A DNA stretch of 64,000 nt. Source: Chiloscyllium plagiosum. Taxonomy: Eukaryota. How positions within the stretch are numbered: the stretch's first letter is position 1; every line of letters starts with the position of its first letter. The notes under the pieces are model-generated. The model was not told the origin of the DNA. It ran no database searches and was given only the letters and a program-made list of their open reading frames with translations. This document shows positions 23,601 through 37,188 of the stretch, one piece after another. The position numbers were made by a program, and so were the translations under genes. Location of the stretch: the NCBI RefSeq assembly GCF_004010195.1, contig NC_057718.1, positions 5,230,325 through 5,294,324 on the forward strand, read 5' to 3'.

Positions 23601-25205
23601 TACTGACACAAAAGCAACAGCAGATTTCATAAATAAGGCAGCCTGAGGTTCTCAGGAAGGGCAGGAAAATGAAGTTGAGAATGCAATGGGAAGGTGATCG
23701 TATTAACACTGGACCTATTAATGCAGAGACATAGGTAATATCTGGGGGACCTGCATTCAAATCCTGCCATGGCGATTGCATTGAATTCATATTTCACCAA
23801 TGAAATTAAAAGTCTAAAGAAGACCATCGCTGATATTTGGGGGGGGGGGGGGGGGGGCAGAAATCCATCTGGGTCACCAATGTGCTTTAAGAAAGGAATT
23901 CAGCCATCCTTACAAGATCTGGCATGCACGTGAATTCAGACCCACAACAATGTGGTGGATCTTATAACTACCCTCTGAGCAATTAGGGATGAATAATAAA
24001 TGCTGGCCTAGCCAGTCATGTCCACATCAGGTGAATGAATAATAAAAATAAAAATCCTTGAACATATTGTTCTTGGAAACTGTCTTCAATGCATTCTATG
24101 AATTCCTCCTCAGGGCTAAGTGCTAATCTGACTATCTCAATCTAACTGAAGATAAAATCACCTATGATTAATGTTGTGCTATTTCGCATGCTCTCATTAT
24201 CTCCTGATTTATTCTCAGCTTACTGTTAGGGGTTTGTAGAAATCATTATGTTAAAGGTTAATTAAGAGTGCATTATAAATTGCTTACAGATTGAAATTTC
24301 TGAGTATGTTCTGACAATTGAGAATGTCAGAGGAAAATGCTGTGGTGGGGGGGGCGGGGTTTGGCATGAGTGCTTCTAATTTTTAAGCAAAATATTTTGA
24401 AATAACAAATTTGTGACTATATGAACAAAGAATTTCACCACAATGTTGCCAATTCAGAGGTTCCAACAACACATCTCATTTTTGTTAAACAAAAGTAATC
24501 ATAGAATATGGGCCAAAGGCAGATATATTGAGTTAGGCGCAGATAAGCCACCATCTCTCTGAATGGTGGAACAGGCTCGAAGGGCTGATTGGCCTACTCC
24601 TGTTCCGTTGAATAGACCAGCTTTGTTTGATACATTAGTCACATGTAATTCGAGGTATATATTACTGCATTTATGAAGATGTGATCTGAAATCTCGTATT
24701 AGTACGGTATGTGAATTTACACCTTTCCATGCTTTTGTTGATGAAACATATTAAGCTGTGTATTCTTTGAGAGTTCTCTTGTTATTACCTTAGGTATAAA
24801 CCATCAAAATACCATGATCAGATCCCAGTGACTCATATGTTGTTACTTTCAATCTTATTAGTTTCATGTGCAGAGTTCATGTGATACATTCTCATGTTTT
24901 CCAGCACCAGAGTCTCAAACCCTTTAACACTGAAGAAACAGTACCTTCCACAGATCAAAAGAAATCGTCTGAAAAAAATGTGGAACAACTCTTTTGTCGA
25001 TAAACACACTCTTAATCGTTAAACAAGCTGCTGTGCTTCCAAGACCCTCCATTGTTTCTGCTTTAACTACCTAACGGCGTTGTCACACTGAATTGATGGC
25101 CAACGTTTGGATATTTACAGTGCACGCAATGAACACAGCCTTTTAAAACAGCAGTGTCCAAGATGTTAGCCACGTGTGGCTAATTGGGAATCCAGATGTG
25201 AGATG

Positions 25206-25515
25206 GGGGTGGCACGGTGGCTTAGTGGTTAGCACTGTTGCCTCACTGCACCAGGGACCCAAGTTCAAGTCCTGCCTCGGGTAACTCTCTGTGTGGAGTT
25301 TGTATGTTCTCCGTGTCTGCGTGGGTTTCCTCCAGGTGCTCTGGTTTCCTCCCACTGTCCAAAGATGTGCAGGTTAGATGAATTGGCCACGCTAAATTGC
25401 CCGCAGTGTTAGGTGGATTAGTCAGGGGGGAATGGGTCTGGGTGGGTTGCTCTTCGGAGGGTCAGCGTGGACTTGTTGGGCTGAAGGGCCTGTTTCCGCA
25501 CTGTAGGGAATCTAA
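25206..25515 (+). mobile_element. HE1/V-SINE-like SINE
   Basis: ggcacggtggcttagtggttagcactg...tgtgtggagtttg...cactgtagggaatcta. Confidence 0.85.
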
Positions 25516-26979
25516 TTATTGTATTCCTGATTTGTATTGTTTTTTAAAAAACTCTTTCATTGATCATTTGATCACAATACTCAGATTGCCAAGATATGCG
25601 TTTGTGAATTTTAACCTTTGTCAATATTTGTTTGGTAATAGATGAAGGCAGAGAATGCAATTTTTTTAATCAATGTGGCTGCTTTATTTCCCTGGTTACT
25701 GGATAACAGTAGGATTACACATCGCAGAATCACAGTACTGTTCCAGTGCAGACGGAGGTTAGTGACCCCTCATGAGTGCACCGCCTCTCTGAATGAGCAT
25801 TTCACTTTGTAAAAATTCACTCAGGGGATGAGGGCATCCCTGGCTAGGAAAGCATTTACTACTCACCCCTAATTGCCCAGAGGGCAGCCCAGAATACTGC
25901 TGTCAGTCTGGAGTCACATACAGGTCAGACCAGGTAAGGATGGCAGATTTCTTTCCCTAAAGAACATCAGTCAACAGGATGTTATTTTTATGATATTTGA
26001 GGAAAGTTACATGGTCACTATTAGCATTTAATTTCAGATTTTCATAAAATTCAAATTTCAATATCTACCATGGTGGGATTTGAACTCTTGTTCCCAGAAC
26101 TTTGGCTTGGGGGTTAGTGAAGATCTACTCTCCTTAATACTTCTTCAGTCTGCGTGTTTGGGTATTTGCAAGTGTGTGTAAGTCTGTGGTTGTTTATGTG
26201 TGTGTAAATCTATGTCTGTGTATGTGTGTGCGAGTCTATGTTTGTGTATATGTGTCTATACATGTGCAAGTCTGTGTCTACCTGAATCTGTCAGTACATG
26301 TAAATCTGTGTGTTGCTGTATGTGTGTGTAGGTGCATGTACCTGTGTTCACACATACATGGAAACCCACATATATTCTATGTATTGACTACATTGTTGAA
26401 AGGACCAATGGAATTCACATTCTCAGCAGATTTTACGTTCTCTAATCAGCAAGGGCCATACAGTCATACAGCACAGAAGAGGCCCTTTGGATCATCGAGT
26501 CTATGGGGGCCTATCTGTTCCAATCCCACTTTCCAGCACTTAGCCCATAGCCTTGAGTCTTTATGACGTTTCAAGTATTCACCTGCCACCCTCAAGAATC
26601 AGTAGACAATCAGCCCAAGATCCCTGTGTTCCTCTCTCAGCTTTCTAGTGTCCTGCCATTCAGTGAATATTCCCTTGCCTTCTTACTTCTGCCAAATGAA
26701 TCCTCTCACACTTTTCATCTGCCTCTGATCTGCTCACCAACCCAATCCATCTGTATCTTCCTGTAATCTAAGACCTTCTATTAACTACTCAGCTAATTCG
26801 CATATCATCCACAAACCTACTCAACAAGCCCCCTGCACATCCTCCTCTACACCGTCTATTACAAACATGAAGGGATCTTGTACTGAGCCCTGTGGTATGC
26901 TACTGCAAACTGGGCTCCAGTCCACACAAACAGCCTTCTAATACCACCCTCTGCCTCTGGTCACTAAGCCAACTTTGGA

Positions 26980-27775
26980 TCCTTCCATCTACCTATTGCA
27001 CTCTCAACTACCTTCTCCCCAGCTCCACCCTCCTCCCATTTATCTCTCCAACCCCGAGGCTTCCAGCCTCATTCCTGATGAAGGGCTCCTGCCCAAAACG
27101 TCGATTTTCCTGCTCCTCGGATGCTGCCTGACCTGCTGTGCTTTTCTAGCACCGCTCTAATCTTGACTCTGATATCACTTTCGCCTAGTTGATTTTAACC
27201 TTACGGCGAATCCTCTTGCAAGGATGCCTATCTTGAAGAAGTTCTCCTCCTCTCTTTACAAAGATCTGAGTGAGTCTCTCTCTCACTGCAACCCCAGGTC
27301 ATCTCCTCTGCCCTGAAGCTCTTCAACCATGTCCTGAAACAGACTCGAAGAACACCTCATCTTCAGCCTCGGCACACTTCAACTCCAGGGCATCAATGCG
27401 GACTTCACTAGTTTCCTTATTTCCCCTCCCCCCACCTTACCCCAGTTCCAACCTTCCAGCTCAGCACCATCCTCATGACCTGTCCCAACTATCAATCTTC
27501 TTTCCCACCTATCCATTCCACCCTCCTCTCTGACCTATCACCTTTATCCACAACTCCATCCACCTACTGTACTCCTAGCTACCTGCTCCTCAGCCCCACC
27601 CCCTGCCATTTATCTCTCCACACCAGAGGCTCCCAGCCTCATTCCTGATGAAGGGCTCCTGCCTGAAGCGTCGATTTTCCTGCTCCTCCAATGCTGCCTG
27701 ACCTGCTGTGCTTTTGCAGCACCACTCTAATCTCGACTTTGATTTCCAGCATCTGCAGTCCTCACTTTCGCCTTT
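26980..27775 (+). mobile_element. Penelope-like element remnant with tandem (direct) terminal repeats
   Basis: Two copies of the terminus (about 26985-27190 and 27560-27775), each with a CTGATGA hammerhead-like core. Confidence 0.75.
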
Positions 27776-28226
27776 GGATCCATCTTGACAAGTTACCCTA
27801 GATCTTGATGTTAGAAAACTTCCTAAAACTTCCTGCACAATTTTACAATAAAATGTGTTTGGCAAGATGGCCTAGTGGTATTATTATCACTGAACTATTA
27901 ATCCAGACACCCAGGTAACATATCTGGGTTCAAACCCAGCCACACAGATGGTAGAATTTGAATTCAATTTATTTTCAAAAATCTGGAATTTGATAACCAT
28001 GAATCCATTGTCCATTGTTGGGACAAACCCATCTGCTTCACTTTAGGGAAGGAAACTGCTATCCTTAACTGGTCTGGACTTCAGACCCACAGCAATGTAG
28101 TTGACTCATACCTGCCCTCTGGGCAATTAGGGACGGGCAATAAATGCTCTCCTATCCTACCAGCCACAGCTTTTGCACAGCTTTGATCTGCCCCTAATGC
28201 ATCCTTGGTTTGATTTACTTCAGCAA

Positions 28227-29424
28227 ATGGAACTATAGACCAGTGAGCCGGATGTCGGTGGTGGGCAAGTTGTTGGAGGGAAGCCCGAGGGACAGGATAT
28301 ACATGTATTTGGAAAGGCAAGGACTGATTAGGGATAGTCAACATGGCTTTGTGCGAGGGAAATCATGTCTCACAAACTTGATTGAGTTTTTTGAAGAAGT
28401 AACAAAGAAGATTGATGAGGGCAGAGCAGTAGATGTGATCTATATGGACTTCAGTAAGGCGTTCGACAAGGTTCCCCATGGGAGACTGATTAGCAAGGTT
28501 AGACCTCACGGAATACAGCAAGAACTAGCCATTTGGATAAGAACTGGCTCAAAGGTAGAAGACAGAGGGTGGTAGTGGAGGATTGTTTTTTAGATTGGAG
28601 GCCTGTGACCAGTGGAGTGCTACAAGGATCGGTGCTGGGTCCTCTATGTTTTGTCATTTACATAAATGATTTGGATGGGAGCATAAGAGGTACAGGTAGT
28701 AAGTTTGCAGATGTCACCAAAATTGGAGGTGTAGTGGACAGCAAAGAGGGTTACCTCAGATTACAACAGGATCTGGACCAGATGGGCCAATGGGCTGAGA
28801 AATGGCAGTTTAATTCAGATAAATGCGAGGTGGGAGGTCATGTTATGGCTGTACAGGACATCGGTTAGGCCACTGTTGGAATATTGCGTGTAATTCTGGT
28901 CTCCTTCATATCAGAAAGATGTTGTGAAACTTGAAAGGCTTCAGAAAAGATTTACAAGGATGTTGCCAGGGTTGGAGGATTTGAGCTATAGGGAGAGGCT
29001 GAACAGGCTGGGGCTGTTTTCCCTGGTGCGTCGGAGGCTGAGGGGTGACCTTATAGAGGTTTACAAAATTATGAGGGGCATGGATAGGATAAATAGACAA
29101 AGTCTTTTCCCTGGGATCGGGGAGTCCAGAACTAGAGGGGCATAGGTTTAGGGTAAGAGGGGAAAGATATAAAAGAGACCTAAGGGGCAACTTTTTCACG
29201 CAGAGTGTGGTACGTGTATGGAATGAGCTGCCAGAAGAAGTGGTGGAGGCTGGTACAATTGCAACATTTAAGAGGCATTTGGATGGGTATATGAATGGGA
29301 AGTGTTTGGAGGGATATGGGCCGGGTGCTGGCAGGTGGGACTAGATTGAGTTGAGATATCTGGTCGGCATGGGCGGGTTGGACCGAAGGGTCTGTTTCCA
29401 TGCTGTACATCTCTACGACTCTAT
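28227..29424 (+). mobile_element. CR1-clade LINE 3' fragment with internal deletion
   Basis: WNYRPVS...[21 protein letters not shown]...YMDFSKAFDKVPH; QGSVLGP; tail ctctacgactctat. Confidence 0.92.
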
Positions 29425-29879
29425 GCCACATAAATGAACGTTGTTGCAATATGGTGACAGTGACTGTATGTCCAAAATGGAAGCATCGATTGGAAAATAC
29501 TTTTGGCTTTTGTCAGCATTGCTCAGTAAATAACAGACTGGGAGATTCTGAGTCTGTACAATGAAGTATATTTACAAAATAAATCTCTCAATTTCTATAG
29601 TATCATTCACAGCCTCAGAACATTGTTACATCTCAGGAAATTCAGTCAATGCTGTAAAATAGGAAATGTTGCTGACAACATGCTCACAATTTTCCACATA
29701 CAACAATGAGATGGATGGCCAGTTTTGGATGACTCAGACATTGGGAAAATTATATGCGTTAATTTTGAGGATGAGCTTTAACGTCCATCTGAGGGTGTAG
29801 GCATGCATTTGTTTAACACCTCACCTTATATTAAACAAGAATGCATCACCCTCTGAACCAAAGTGATATATTGCTGCAA

Positions 29880-30600
29880 AACAAGAAAGTCCATTAAAAC
29901 TTTCTGCCTTACACTCATCAGGACAGATACAAGAACATCAAATTTCAAACTGAGCAACAATTTACTCTCTATGAGAAAAGTGTGCTGATTGGTAGATAAG
30001 CTAAGATATTTCTATCGAGAATGTACCAGGGAATTGTTGCTGATATGCTTCTGAGAACAGGGTCCTACCTATATACATGTGTAACTTCAAACAAGTGTCA
30101 GTGAGTCACAATGACTAGAAATCTTAAATTGATTATTAGTGAAATCCTTAGCACATTTGGGATTGTTCAGCAAGTACTGTCCAACCGTGCAGTCACATCT
30201 AATGAGTTGTTATAAGTTTTGTAAGCGGCGCCTGGTTGGTTATGGTCAGTATGCTCCTGCTACAAACAGGCCGAAAGTGTGGATTTATACAATTCACAAT
30301 GAGATATTAAGTCAGAAGACCAATGCATCCAGCATTGCACCAGCACAGAAATTCATACCTCTTCATTCTCATTTGTAAGACTGGAATAACATCCCTTTAC
30401 CTTGACTGCACCATCTTGTACATGGAGACTATCACTTGTATTGCTAGTGCATAGTGGGTGTTCAAATATTTCAAAGAAAACCTTTTCTTATGCAGTATAA
30501 ATTGTTATTATAAATTGTTGAAGTTTGGTATTCTTGCAGCTGTGCTGATGAGTGCAACCGAAAAAGCTTTGACAATATTGTCTTGATTTTCAGAATTAAG
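29880..30600. mobile_element. Old Penelope-like remnant bounded by inverted CTGATGA...GAAA motifs
   Basis: Minus-strand gtcCTGATGAgtgtaaggcaGAAA near 29900-29922 and plus-strand gtgCTGATGAgtgcaaccGAAA near 30545-30563. Internal minus-strand LLNNPKCAK-like remnant. Confidence 0.45.
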
Positions 30601-31802
30601 TGTTGTCTGTGGTCAGTTTGCACGTGCAAGTTTTCTTTTGTTGAATTGGCCGTAAAACTGAGATTTTAGAAACTGACTCTAGAGAATTATCTAATATATA
30701 TAGGATCATGGAATCCCGACAGAGTGTAGGCAGGTCATTTGGCCCATCAACTTCACATGACCCTCTGAAGAGCATCCCACCTACACCCACCCCTCCAGCT
30801 TATCCCTGTAACCCTGCATTTCCCATAGTTAACCCACCTAACCCACACAGCACTGAACACTATGGACAATTTAGCATTACACAGGGAGAATGTGGAAACT
30901 CCACACAGACAGCTGGTCAGAGCTTGTGACTACATTGTGACTGTTGACACAGAAAAAGCAAATGAGGTAAATCTTGATCAGCAACAGGGCAAGTTGGAAG
31001 AGAAGCAGGAACCAAACACCGAGACAGCAGGAATTAAGTTCAAAACAAGCAGGATGTACTCATGAGGATGCTTCTAACTGACCGCTGACCTATCAGTCAC
31101 TTACTCCTCAGTCACTCTGGCCCTGCTTACATCTTGGTGGTCAACTTTATTCTTCAATTTGTGTTAGAAACTCAAAACTGAATTGAAAGTCTTCATCCTG
31201 CACTAAATTTAATTCACTCATTCATTTCACACAGTTGTGTTAAAGCATCCAACAGGAAAGTTTTCACCCAAATGGCGAGGATTCCATATGGTTAAAACCA
31301 ACACCAGCTTCTGAGAGTCCATGCGCATGGGAATTGCAAGCATTTCATTGTCTCAAGGGGTCTTTTGTGGAGAGTAATCATGACCCTCCCTCTGGGCTTG
31401 AGGTTCAAGTCCCAGCTGCTCCAGAGGTATGTCAAAACATATTTGAACAGCAGATTCAAAATATTCATTTTTCTGACATAAAACTTTGGTCAAAGTGATC
31501 AGAAACCCCTGCAAATGGGTGTAAAACAATTGAGTTTCCACGTATAGCAAGACCCTAATAAATCTAGGGACCATGAGAGCTTTTTTGCCAGGGTTTAGTG
31601 TTTGTGTGACTGAGGAGGCAACATCATAGCCAAGTGCCTGATCTGAAGACCAGGAAATGGCAAAAGAGAGGGAAACAACAACTTGTGCTGTCTTCACCCT
31701 CTGGTATGTTGGATGTTGCAATGTTATGTACAGAGCGAGGTGGGAGTGAAGAAAGCAGAGAGAGGAAATTATTTTTTCACAAAAGAGATCAGAATTACCA
31801 CA

Positions 31803-34800
31803 GACTCTCCACGTATAAATAGAGGCCGACTTGGTGTTGGGATACCAGCCTCTGTGGAGTTATTTCAGTGGCGATGAGAGAAAAGCACACTCCTGAAGAA
31901 ATTCACTCGTAACAGTCATCTTCAAATTAAGATAAGCACTTCTGGTATTATGCTATTATTTGGGAAACTTGACTCATTCGATCCTGCTGTCAAAGACTGA
32001 GCGCAGTTTGTTGAAAGAATGCATTATTTTTTCTGGGCAAATGACATTGGGGCAGATGAAAAGCAACAAGTAATTCTCCTGACAGCCTGTGGACCCATAG
32101 CTTTTTTGGTTTTAAGGAGCCTGACTTTTCCTAAGGCACCTGACACTAAAACCTTTTGAAGGTAGGTGGATTTCGTTAAGGAATATTATGACCCCCGAGC
32201 CTCCTCTCATTCTGAGACACTATCAATTTACTCGGCAAACGAAGAAACAAGGGAATCCGTATCAGGATTTTTGACGAGGTTAAGATGATTGGCAGAGGCA
32301 TGTGACTTTGATTTAACCCTTAACGAGATGCTGAGAGACTGTTTGGTAAACGGGTTAATGATGTAATCATTGAGCCTACTAGCTGAAGCCCAGGCAGACT
32401 TCAAACAGACACTACAGCTGGCTTTATCATTGAAAACTATGGCAAGTAGAGCATGTGAGTTGTAGGGTATTCCGATGGAAGTGGAGACTCTCGCCAGGCC
32501 AACCGAGCTTGGGGAACACCGCTTAAGTGAAGGCGGTTGCACAGCCTCACTGAGGACATAATCTGAACAGAGGGACTCTCGGTCACCCCACAGTAAAACC
32601 CCAAAACAAAGCCAAGCCTCAACCAAACGGTTAATATCTTCTTCACGATCTCGACTGGCAAGTCATTGTAGTTGCTGTCGGTATGCGGACTCGAGACAGC
32701 AAAGGAGTCCTCCCAGACCTGAACTGAATAAGATAACTCACACATCGGTATCCAGGAGAGTGCGCATTCTGGAAAGTCCACCTACATCTGGTTTGGAACA
32801 GTTAAATTGTTCAGCAACATCCAAATCAGAACCAATCAAAATAAACATCTGGTTAAATGGTCACCTGGTTTTAATGGAGATCGATTCTGCTGCAGACAAT
32901 TCAGTGATTGCTGAACCAGTCCTTTACAAACTCGTTCTGGATTCCAACCCTTATGCTTGCACAAGACCAGAGCTAGACTAAGAACTGAAACCTTTACAGA
33001 TTAACGATACAGCTCTGGTTCCAGTCTGTTATGAGAAGCAGCTAGTTCACTTCCCACTGATTGAAGTAAAAGGCTCAGGCCCAAGCCTGATGAGGTGAAG
33101 TTGATGAGGTTGAGAAATATTCCCTTCGATTGACTCAACATTTTTTGATTAGAAAGTGGCTACCCGAGTGAAGTCCTAATTAAATACCCGGAGGTTTTTC
33201 AGGAAGGTCCAGGGACTACCAAAGGAGGCATGGCCACTTTAAATGTTGACCAGGAAGCAATTCCATGTTTCTTCAAGATTTGCCCAATGCCATTTGCCTT
33301 AAGGGCAAAAGTAGAGACTGAAATCAGGAGGCTGGCAAATGAAGGAATCCTGGATTTCCACATCTAGGAAGGGGAGTGTGTTGTTGTTCTCTTCCGTTCT
33401 GGTGAAGTTTATGCCAGTAAGGATGTTGTTAATGATATTGTAGGTTTCCTCTAATTTGTTCCATTTCATTATGACAAAGGTGTTACCCACATAGCGGACC
33501 CAAAGTTCGGGTCGGATCATGGGGAGGGCTGTTTGTTCTAGTCTCTGCATAACTACTTCTGCCATGAATCCTGATACTGGTGATCCCATGGTGATCCCGT
33601 TGACTTGTTTGTAGGTCTTGTCATTGAAGGTGAAGTGGGGAGTGAGGCACAAGTCTGATAGCATGAGGATGCTGTTCTTGCTGATGGAGTTGGTGCTGTC
33701 TGGTGTTTGTGTCTTTGGTTCATTTCATAGTGAGGTCAGTGTTTCTTTGGCCAGAGTGATATTAAGGTACACAAACCAGGGCCCCCCCCCTCAGACCCAT
33801 CGTCTCACTTCCTGGCCCACTGACATACAGACTGGCAAAGGAGCTTCACTGTAAACAGAAGCACCTGGTAGAAGACTCATGCCCCTCCATGCACTCCATC
33901 CAAGAATTCCTGAACATCATCAAAGACGCCACGATAGAAGAGGACAAAGTAATTGTCTCCTTCGATGTAATTGTCTCCTATTCACATCAAAGAAACACCA
34001 ACCTCACTACTAGATGAAATGTTGACTCTCCTGCCCCTCGGATGCTGCCTGACCTGCTGCGCTTTTCCAGCACCACACTCTCGACTCTGATCACCAGCAT
34101 CTGCAGTCCTCACTTTCTCCACAGCCAGTGGAGAGCTGCAGACCAGCGTCTACAGGAAAACAACACAGACAGACCAGATACTCAACTACAGTAGCAATCA
34201 TCCCAACACCCACAAATGGAACTGCATCAGGACATTATTTAAATGGGCCACAACACACTACAGCACCCAGGAACTACGAGCAGCAGAAGAAAAATACCTT
34301 TACAGTGCATTCAAGAAGAAAGGGTACCCAATAAACTCATCCAAGGCCTGCTCCCTGGATACTGCCTGACCTGCTGTGCTTTTCCAGCACCACTCTAATC
34401 TTGACTCTAATCTCCAGCATCTGTAGTACCCACTTCCATCCAATTAACACAGTCCGCCAATTCTTAACCAACAAACCCAAATAAGAACACACAACACACC
34501 CATTGACTCTAGCCACACCACCATACATCAGAGACATCTTGGAGATGTCTACCAGACTACTCCGACCTCTTGACATTATGGTAACCTTCCAACACACAAA
34601 CAGCTCCTGGTGAACCTAAAGGACCTGTACCAACAACTGACAAATCGAATGCCATTTATAAAATAGCCTGCAAGGACTGCAACAAACACTACATTGAACA
34701 GACAGACAGGAAACTAGCCATCAGGATACATTAGCACCAACTAGTCACCAAAAGACATGGAGCAGCTATCACTCGTATTGTTATACACAGACGAAGAAGG

Positions 34801-35563
34801 ACACCACTTTGACTGGGACAATACATCCCTCCCAGCACAGGCTAAACAGAGACACACACGGCAATTCCTAGAGGCCTGGCAATCAAACTCATCAACAAAC
34901 ACATCGATTTGGACCCCAATAACCAACCTCAGAGAAAAAGAACCGGAAATGATATCACCCACCCTAATAGACCAAGAGACATAAATAGCAAGCAAGACAG
35001 AACACCAGTGCTTCAACGGAGGCTCACTGATGATGTTTCCTAACATGGTGATGAAATATCTGAGAACAAATCTACCAGCTCAGTGAGAAAACTTACAACC
35101 TGATACTTCGGAAACGGAGATGGACACAGTGGATATCGCTGCCTCGATGTCTTTGCCGGCTGAAGAGGAGAATGAATTTCTTCCGAGATGATCTGGGCAC
35201 AAGGTGAGCTGCTGTACGTTACATGCCACCTGTGTCCGGGGCAGAGTTGGAAGAACCTGGCCCGGTGCTAAACCCCCCTCCCCCCCCAGGAGCAGCTAGA
35301 AAAAAAGAACCAGCCTATATCCTCGGACTCAGAGGCGGAGGGAGGTAGTGATTGTAATGAGGTCAGGCAACTGGACCTCATAGAATATGTATTCCCTGAT
35401 TGGGGTTTTATCCTGATCCAATCAGGGAGCCCTGGCTGACAGACCTAAACGGAGTGTCAGAGGGTGTGTTCACTCTGAGGGAGCTGGATCGGTGTCAAGG
35501 ACTCTGCACGTATAAATAAAGGGTGACTTGGTGACAAGATCCCAGCCTCCGTGGGGTTATTTA
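31803..35563 (+). mobile_element. Decayed Ty3/Gypsy LTR retrotransposon interrupted by a Penelope-like element
   Basis: 5' LTR remnant ends ...gagttatttCA at 31867. PBS TGGCGATGAG at 31869-31878. gag-like GKLDSFDP, protease-like LMEIDSAA, RT start KYPEVFQEG...PFALRAKVETEIRRL. Purine tract at ~35330-35346. The 3' LTR (~35347-35563) matches 31803-31867 at its end. Confidence 0.8.
33352..35102. mobile_element. Penelope-like element nested in the Gypsy; RT segment inverted (33352-33762, minus), remainder plus
   Basis: Minus strand: DLCLTPHFTFNDKTYKQVNGITMGSPVSGFMAEVVMQRLEQ...LWVRYV. Plus strand: GIY-YIG-like IYKIACKDCNKHYI near 34655-34700 and a terminal hammerhead-like motif at 35023-35064. Confidence 0.85.
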
Positions 35564-36369
35564 AGGAATGGCGTATTGTAGCTCTGAATCTCCTGCTGAA
35601 TGAGGTTGAGATAACTGTGTTAAAGTAGCTGAGCGCTGCCTGTCAGCTCTACAGTTGGCTATGTCACATTTCACAAGGCACCCAGGGTACATGAATAGGA
35701 AGGGTTTGGTGGGATATGGGCCAAATGTTGGCAAATGGTACCGGGTCAGATTAGGATGTCCGGTCAGCGTGGACGAGATGGAGCGAAGGGTCTGTTTCCG
35801 TGCTATCTGACTTTATAACAATTATATAATAAGCCCCAATCCGAAACCCGTCTACACTCCTTTATGACCATTCATAAAATTCTGGTGAACAGAAGAGGTC
35901 GAACTGGAGCCGCAATTGTATCTGCAAAAACATTGGCCAGGGGGAGAGAGAGAGAGAGAGAGAGCGAGCAAGGTCTAGGAGTTGTAGATTACTTTCCAAA
36001 ATAAACAGACTCCAAGATTGACTCCTCACCCCAGAACATGTATAGGGTCTCTCGATATAAGCCACACACAAGAGTAAAAGGAAGAATTCACCAAATTGCA
36101 AATTCCCTCGATGTGATGTTATTGAAATTGGCAGTACAAAGAAATCAGGAATGAGGAAAGTGGTCAGGCACCATCCAAGGAGCAGGAGAATCGACGTTTC
36201 GGGCATGTGCCCTTCAAAGCAGGGACAGTGTAATGATAGCATCTAATTATTCATAAATAGAATAAACGCACTCCGATGCAAATGATAGCCGCAATGAAAA
36301 CCATTAATATTCTCCCTGCTTCCCAAAATGATGCAAACAGCGAATTTAAATAATTTACTTTTCATTGGA

Positions 36370-36770
36370 TATCCGGGCGGGGAGAGGAGACAGAAGGAAG
36401 ACTGCGGAAAGAGAGAGAGAGAGAGAGAGAAGTTCAGAAACTCCAGCTCTGGGTCAGGAGTTGCAGTTTTGCATTGTCAGAGAACATGCTGCCGAGAGGG
36501 GAACTCACCCGCATCGCATCGCCCCCCTCCCCGCCCCTCATTCACACCTCCTCCGAACGGCCTCTCTCTCCGCTCCTCACTGCTCCCCGAGGGTCCCTCC
36601 GTCCCTTCCCGTACAACAGGCAGGCCAACTCGACCAGATCCTGGGGGCGGGATTCACAAAGGAAGTTCACAATTCTTCACAAATGGAACCTACCAGTCAC
36701 TGAGAGCTGCAGGGGGCCCGGGGACGTGGGAAGAGGGGAGGAGAGGAGGGGCGATACTACTGTTGTAACT
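36370..36770 (-). promoter_or_regulatory. CpG/GC-rich island with candidate first exon of the PR-PLAGL1 gene (donor GTGAGT at 36508-36503)
   Basis: CpG-rich patch in a CpG-poor window that I could not assign to a repeat family. GC-box CCCGCCCC occurs twice. Minus strand reads ...GCGATGCGATGCGG|gtgagtt. Confidence 0.5.
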
Positions 36771-37188
36771 CATACACACAATACCCACTAACACACAGAC
36801 TGCTGAATAACACATGTACATTCTTCACTGACATACAGAAGACTGAATAACACACATACACATACAATACTCACTAACACAGTGTTGAATAACACATGTA
36901 CATTCTTCACTGACATACAGAAGACTGAATAACACATACACTCTAGACTAGAGCTCATACACACAATACCCACTAACACACAGACTGCTGAATAACACAT
37001 GTACATTCTTCACTGACAGACAGAAGACTGAATAACACACATACACATACAATACTCACTAACACAGACTGTTGAATAACACATGTACATTCTTCACTGA
37101 CATACAGAAGACTGAATAACACATATAGTCTAGACTAGAGTGGTGCTGGAAAAGCATAGCAGTTCAGGCAGCATCCGAGGAGCAGGAA

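Noticed and set aside
30395..31110. Isolated minus-strand donor-like sites (GTAAAG ~30400, GTAAGT ~31104) as extra PLAGL1 5' exons
   Set aside because: No convincing paired acceptor or coding signal, and such hexamers arise by chance.
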